Positions 60,189 through 64,000 of a stretch of 64,000 nt of DNA are shown here, in pieces. The stretch covers positions 941,222,001-941,286,000 of the forward strand of contig NW_027362761.1 in NCBI RefSeq assembly GCF_046119375.1, written 5' to 3'. The stretch is from Phyllobates terribilis. Taxonomy: Eukaryota. Under the pieces are notes generated by a model. It saw only the letters and a list, made by a program, of their open reading frames with translations, was not told the DNA's origin and searched no databases. Numbering within the stretch: position 1 is the stretch's first letter; every line of letters begins with the position of its first letter. Position numbers and translations under genes: made by a program.

Positions 60189-60820
60189 TGTCACGGACGT
60201 GGTTTGTGGAACCACTGTGCCAAGGACCCCGGAGAGCCTGGAGGGGCGTGACTAAGTGAGCACCGGACTGTTCACTAGAGCCTGTGATGGTGAGGTTAGC
60301 TCCCGATGAACGCCAGGTGCCACTCCAGGACAGACCAACGGACACACAGCAGCTGGACCCAGTAGAACAGACTAGATGGTGCAGCAGGCAGAGTCTGTAT
60401 CAGGAGTTCAGCAGGCAAAGTTTGTATCAGAGTGCAGCAGGCATAGTCTGGATCAGAGTGCAGCAGGCAGAGTCTGTATCAGGAGTGCAGCAGGCAGAGT
60501 CTGTATCAGGAGTGCAGCAGGCAGAGTCTGTATCAGAGTGCAGCAAGCAGAGTCTGTATCAGAGTACAGCATGCAGAGTCTGTTTCAGAAGTGCAGCAGG
60601 TAGAGTCTGTATCAGGAGTGCAGCAGGTAGAGTCTGTATCAGGAGTGCAGCAGGAAGAGTCTGTATCAGGAGTGCAGCAGGCAGAGTCTGTATCAGGAGT
60701 GCAGCAGGCAGAGTCTGTATCAGGAGTGCAGCTGGCAGAGTCTGTATCAGGAGCGCAGCAAACTTACACAACTTAGACTGCAGAACAGGAAGGTTCCACT
60801 ACAACCACCACAATACATAG
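60189..60820. mobile_element. LTR-like fragment containing a 27-bp minisatellite
   Basis: Starts TGTCACGGAC. The other end was not found. Confidence 0.4.
60377..60765. repeat. 27-bp minisatellite, about 14 copies (GTGCAGCAGGCAGAGTCTGTATCAGGA)
   Basis: Clear 27-bp period giving 9-aa repeats in several frames. Confidence 0.93.
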
Positions 60821-61639
60821 AGACCCAATCAGGATTTCTCACATTTAAAAAACTTAGTGGCAGACGCCAGCAAGTGGCATCAATTTCACTACTGTACAAA
60901 TAGGGTAAATAAGACCCACACCTCTTTCAGTACAGCCAAGCCAAGAGATGGAGACCTAACCAGGAGTGTTCACATTGCCCTCAATGAGGGCCTAACACCA
61001 CCGAAGTGGCATCAATGTCATCAGACTACAAGTAGTTTAACGCAGACCCATACCTGTCCCACTACAGCCAACCCAGGTGATGCAGACTCAATCGGAAGTG
61101 TTTACATTTAAAAAAAATAGGGCCTAAGACCACCATTTCCGTGGCCAACAGATTGGAGATGGTAGAGTTCAACCTCTTAGCTTTGTCATGTGTAGGATAA
61201 AACAATCTTTTACATGACCACAACAGTGGGATTGAGGGCTGGCTGCAGTGCTGAGAGAGGGCAGAGTATGGTAAAATGGACAAACCGATAGACCGTGAGT
61301 GAGGTGCAGGCGGAGATGTTACGGTGGATTAAGAAATGTGTGGTGTGCTCAGAGAAACAAACACAGCAGGCATGTCCGCTTCACTTACAGCTGACGGGCT
61401 GTTACTCAGCCTGACTGCAGCGGGTATACAGCTGGTTCTGGCGGACACCTGCATGACACAACTTGGCACAGTAACAGAGGAGGAGGAAGAAGCAGCAGAG
61501 GTGTTTGATGGGGCGGCTAATGGTTGATTATTGAAAATCAATTTAGAGTTTATCATGTTTGTGTACCCGTTTGGGGAGAATAATATCTGCACCAAATGCT
61601 CAATTTCATTACAGTATAACTATAGAAATGCATGAAGAC

Positions 61640-62468
61640 TGTCACAAACCGATCGGATCCTTCCTCACAACTTCCATGAGTTCCGGGTTTAGGATAATGT
61701 GAAGCGAGCTTATAAATTTTATATATTTATTTACTCAAAAGAGCGATGCTAGGTACAATATATACAAGAGGTTACAAGATATATATATACAGTAGTCAGA
61801 CAAATACAGTAAGGAAGCAGTAATACGATACAGTAAAATTAAAAGGAATAAAAGTGAATATGCCACACTTTCGTCAAAGGTCTCTGAACACGGCAGGAAG
61901 GGTGCTGTCATGGGTCCAGGGCGGTTCCTTGTGTCTTTCTGCCCATCTGTAGCGACAGGTGACCCTCAACAGAAGACTCCTCCTCTCTCACAGAGGGACA
62001 CATTTATACGTAACTTGGGCAGGGCAGAAAATAGGCGATTTACATGTAATCTCCTCTTCCCTTCTATCAGACATTTCATAATCCATTTCCCAGCAATATT
62101 CTCATTGTAAGGTGCGCATGGTAATTGATCTAACACAGGAGCTTTCCCTGACTTCAGAGGTAATTCAATTAGCTATTCCTCATTGCCATGATTCAATTAG
62201 CTCCCCCATACTCTTGTCAGGAATAGGCGTTTGCACTACAAAGGTATATATCCTAGCTGACCTGTATTCAATTCTCTCCTGGGCAATAGCATCCTTTTTG
62301 TAATTGCCTTTTTGGAGCCGGAATAGTAACGTAATGGTAATTAAGTCATATCCTGACTGTGGGGAATACACCATTTCCCCTGGGGTCCTTTGAAGTCAGA
62401 CAGACAAGCATTCCTGCTGAGACCTTCATAACTGGGAATATGAATTTCCAGTCCCTGGCCTCACCACA
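61640..62468 (-). repeat. 3' LTR of element 4 (about 829 bp)
   Basis: The minus strand starts TGTGGT directly after the PPT and ends TGTGACA at 61640. The partner LTR is outside the window. Confidence 0.75.
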
Positions 62469-62478
62469 CCTCCCCCTT

Positions 62479-64000
62479 TTAGAGTGCGTTCGGAGGAAGA
62501 CCTCGTCGGTCATCATCCGCAAGCACTTCAGCTGCCTCCCCTTGCCTGGATAACCCATCTGCTTTACCGTGGGCCCGGCCGGACTTATACCGAACATCAA
62601 AGTTGTAGTGTTGGAGAGCTAGGCTCCAACGCAACAACCTTCCGTTCTCACTGGCTACTCGAGATAGCCAAGTGAGGGGGTTGTGGTCCGTCACCACAGT
62701 GAAATGGCGCCCGTAGACGTATGGCTGCAGATGCTGCAGAGCCCACACGATCGCCAGGCATTCCTTCTCCACCGTAGAGCAGGCCACTTCCCTCGGCAGA
62801 AGTTTCCGACTGAGGTATTGAACAGGGTGCTCTTGACCTGCTGAGTCAGGTTGGCTCAGCACCGCACCAAGTCCGTAGGTGCTGGCGTCAGTCTGTACTA
62901 CTAGCGGCCGGGAGTCGTAGTACGCCTGGAGTACAGGGGCTGCCACCAGGGCAGCTTTCAAGGCCTGGAAGGAGCGCTCACAGTCCGCTGTCCAGTTGAT
63001 AGCTTGCAGCAGCTTCTTCTTGGTGAGGTCTGTCAGGGGCTTGGCCAGGGCACTATAGTCCTGTACGAACTTCCTATAGTACCCGGCCATACCCAAGAAA
63101 GACATCACCTGTTTCTTGGTCCTTGGGGTGGGCCAGGTCGTGATTGCATCCACCTTCCCAGATTCTGGTCTCAGTTTCCCCCCACCTACCCGGTGTCCAA
63201 GGTATTGGACCTCGGTCATGCCCATCTGACACTTTCTCGGCTTGATGGTCAAGCCTGCCCGGTGGATCCGCCCCAGCACCTCTGACAGGTGCCGAAGGTG
63301 TTCCTCCCAAGTGGGGCTGATGACGGCAATGTCATCCAGGTACGCAGCTGCGAACCCTTCGCACCCTGACAGCAAGGTGTTGACCATCCGCTGGAAAGTG
63401 GCGGGGGCATTCTTCATGCCAAATGGCATGACGGTGGGCTCATACAGTCCAAAAGGAGTGATAAAGGCTGATTTCTCCTGTGCCTCTGGGGACAGGGGAA
63501 TCTGCCAGCAAGCATCCTCGGCTCAAGTCCATGATGGTCAAGTACTGAGCCTTGCCCAACCGGTCAAGCAGGTTGTCGATGCGCGGCATGGGGAACGCGT
63601 CATCGGCGGTAATGGCATTGAGCCCCCTGTAATCCACACAGAACCGGGTCGTCCGGTCCTTTTTGGGTACGAGGACTACAGATGAGGCCCATGCGCTGGT
63701 GGACGGGCGGATCACCCCCAGCTCCAGCATCTCGGCAATCTTCTTCCGCATTTGCTCCTGTACCTCCAAGGAGACGCGATATGCCGTTCGCCGGATAGGG
63801 GCGTCATTCCCCGTGTCCACTCGGTGGACTACCAGCTTTGTCCGCCCGGGCTTTCCTGAGAGGAGGCCAGGGAAAGGGCGCATAACCTCCTTCAGCTGGG
63901 ACCGTTGGTCCTCAGACAGAAGGATGTTCATGGGGGCATCCTCCATGGACCCTCCCGCACGGGCATGTGCGAGCAGATCCATGAGGTCCTCCTCCTCCCC
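62479..64000 (-). pseudogene. Pol RT-RNase H with one frameshift (about 63507-63514)
   Basis: RFCVDYR, MPFGMKNAPATFQR, AYLDD, QTDAS, TDHNPL and ADGLSR motifs. The expected GYWQIP appears as GGA TGC TTGC TGG CAG ATT CCC, a 4-bp insertion. Confidence 0.88.

Larger units (their letters stand above)
59209..61639 (-). mobile_element. Degenerate hAT element, copy 3 (left end, subterminal repeats, decayed transposase C-terminus)
   Basis: Terminus TAGAGATGAGCGAAC at 59209 and a second terminus-like TAGGCATGAGTGAAC at about 59858. Diverged direct repeats lie at 60860-61090 and a frameshifted dimerisation-like remnant at about 61520-61620. Confidence 0.55.
61640..64000 (-). mobile_element. Gypsy element 4, 3' part (RT, RNase H, PPT, 3' LTR); probable Gmr1-like domain order
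   Basis: On the minus strand: RT, then RNase H, stop at 62479-62481, PPT AAGGGGGAGG (62469-62478), then LTR. No integrase after RNase H. Runs off the right edge. Confidence 0.88.

Noticed and set aside
60284-60820. 9-aa repeat ORFs (SAAGRVCIR, VQQAESVSG)
   Set aside because: Translation of a 27-bp minisatellite, open on both strands.

Overview
Eukaryotic, vertebrate-type genomic DNA, most likely a frog. This is inferred from its repeat families: Tc1, Kolobok/T2-, piggyBac- and Harbinger-type MITEs, hAT, CR1 with a TAACTATG tail, Penelope and chromodomain Gypsy. I cannot support any host protein-coding gene. The window is mostly a nested stack of transposable elements. (1) Two young full-length chromodomain Ty3/Gypsy elements of the Tf1/sushi type: 11865-16839 (422-bp LTRs, ATAAC TSD, one 1355-aa ORF) and 30058-35477 (631-bp LTRs, GCACT TSD, gag plus -1 pol). 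(2) A decayed tRNA-Ser-primed Gypsy on the minus strand (about 29206-41160) that hosts the second element and a nearly intact Tc1. (3) A Gypsy at the right edge whose pol ends after RNase H, consistent with Gmr1-like domain order. (4) Three degenerate hAT elements, a 3-kb minisatellite-filled non-autonomous hAT inside a CR1, two near-identical inverted CR1 copies, Penelope remnants, solo LTRs, MITEs and minisatellites. The most interesting signals are RNA-level cis-elements. Both chromoviruses have an 11-nt PBS complementary to their own predicted transcript start, with completely different but covarying sequences (self-priming). Element 2 also has a candidate leader intron that would excise its U5/PBS, and a slippery heptamer with an H-type pseudoknot. 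Four minimal hammerhead ribozyme cores sit in two fold-back Penelope structures. All coordinates were read by eye and no database searches were run.
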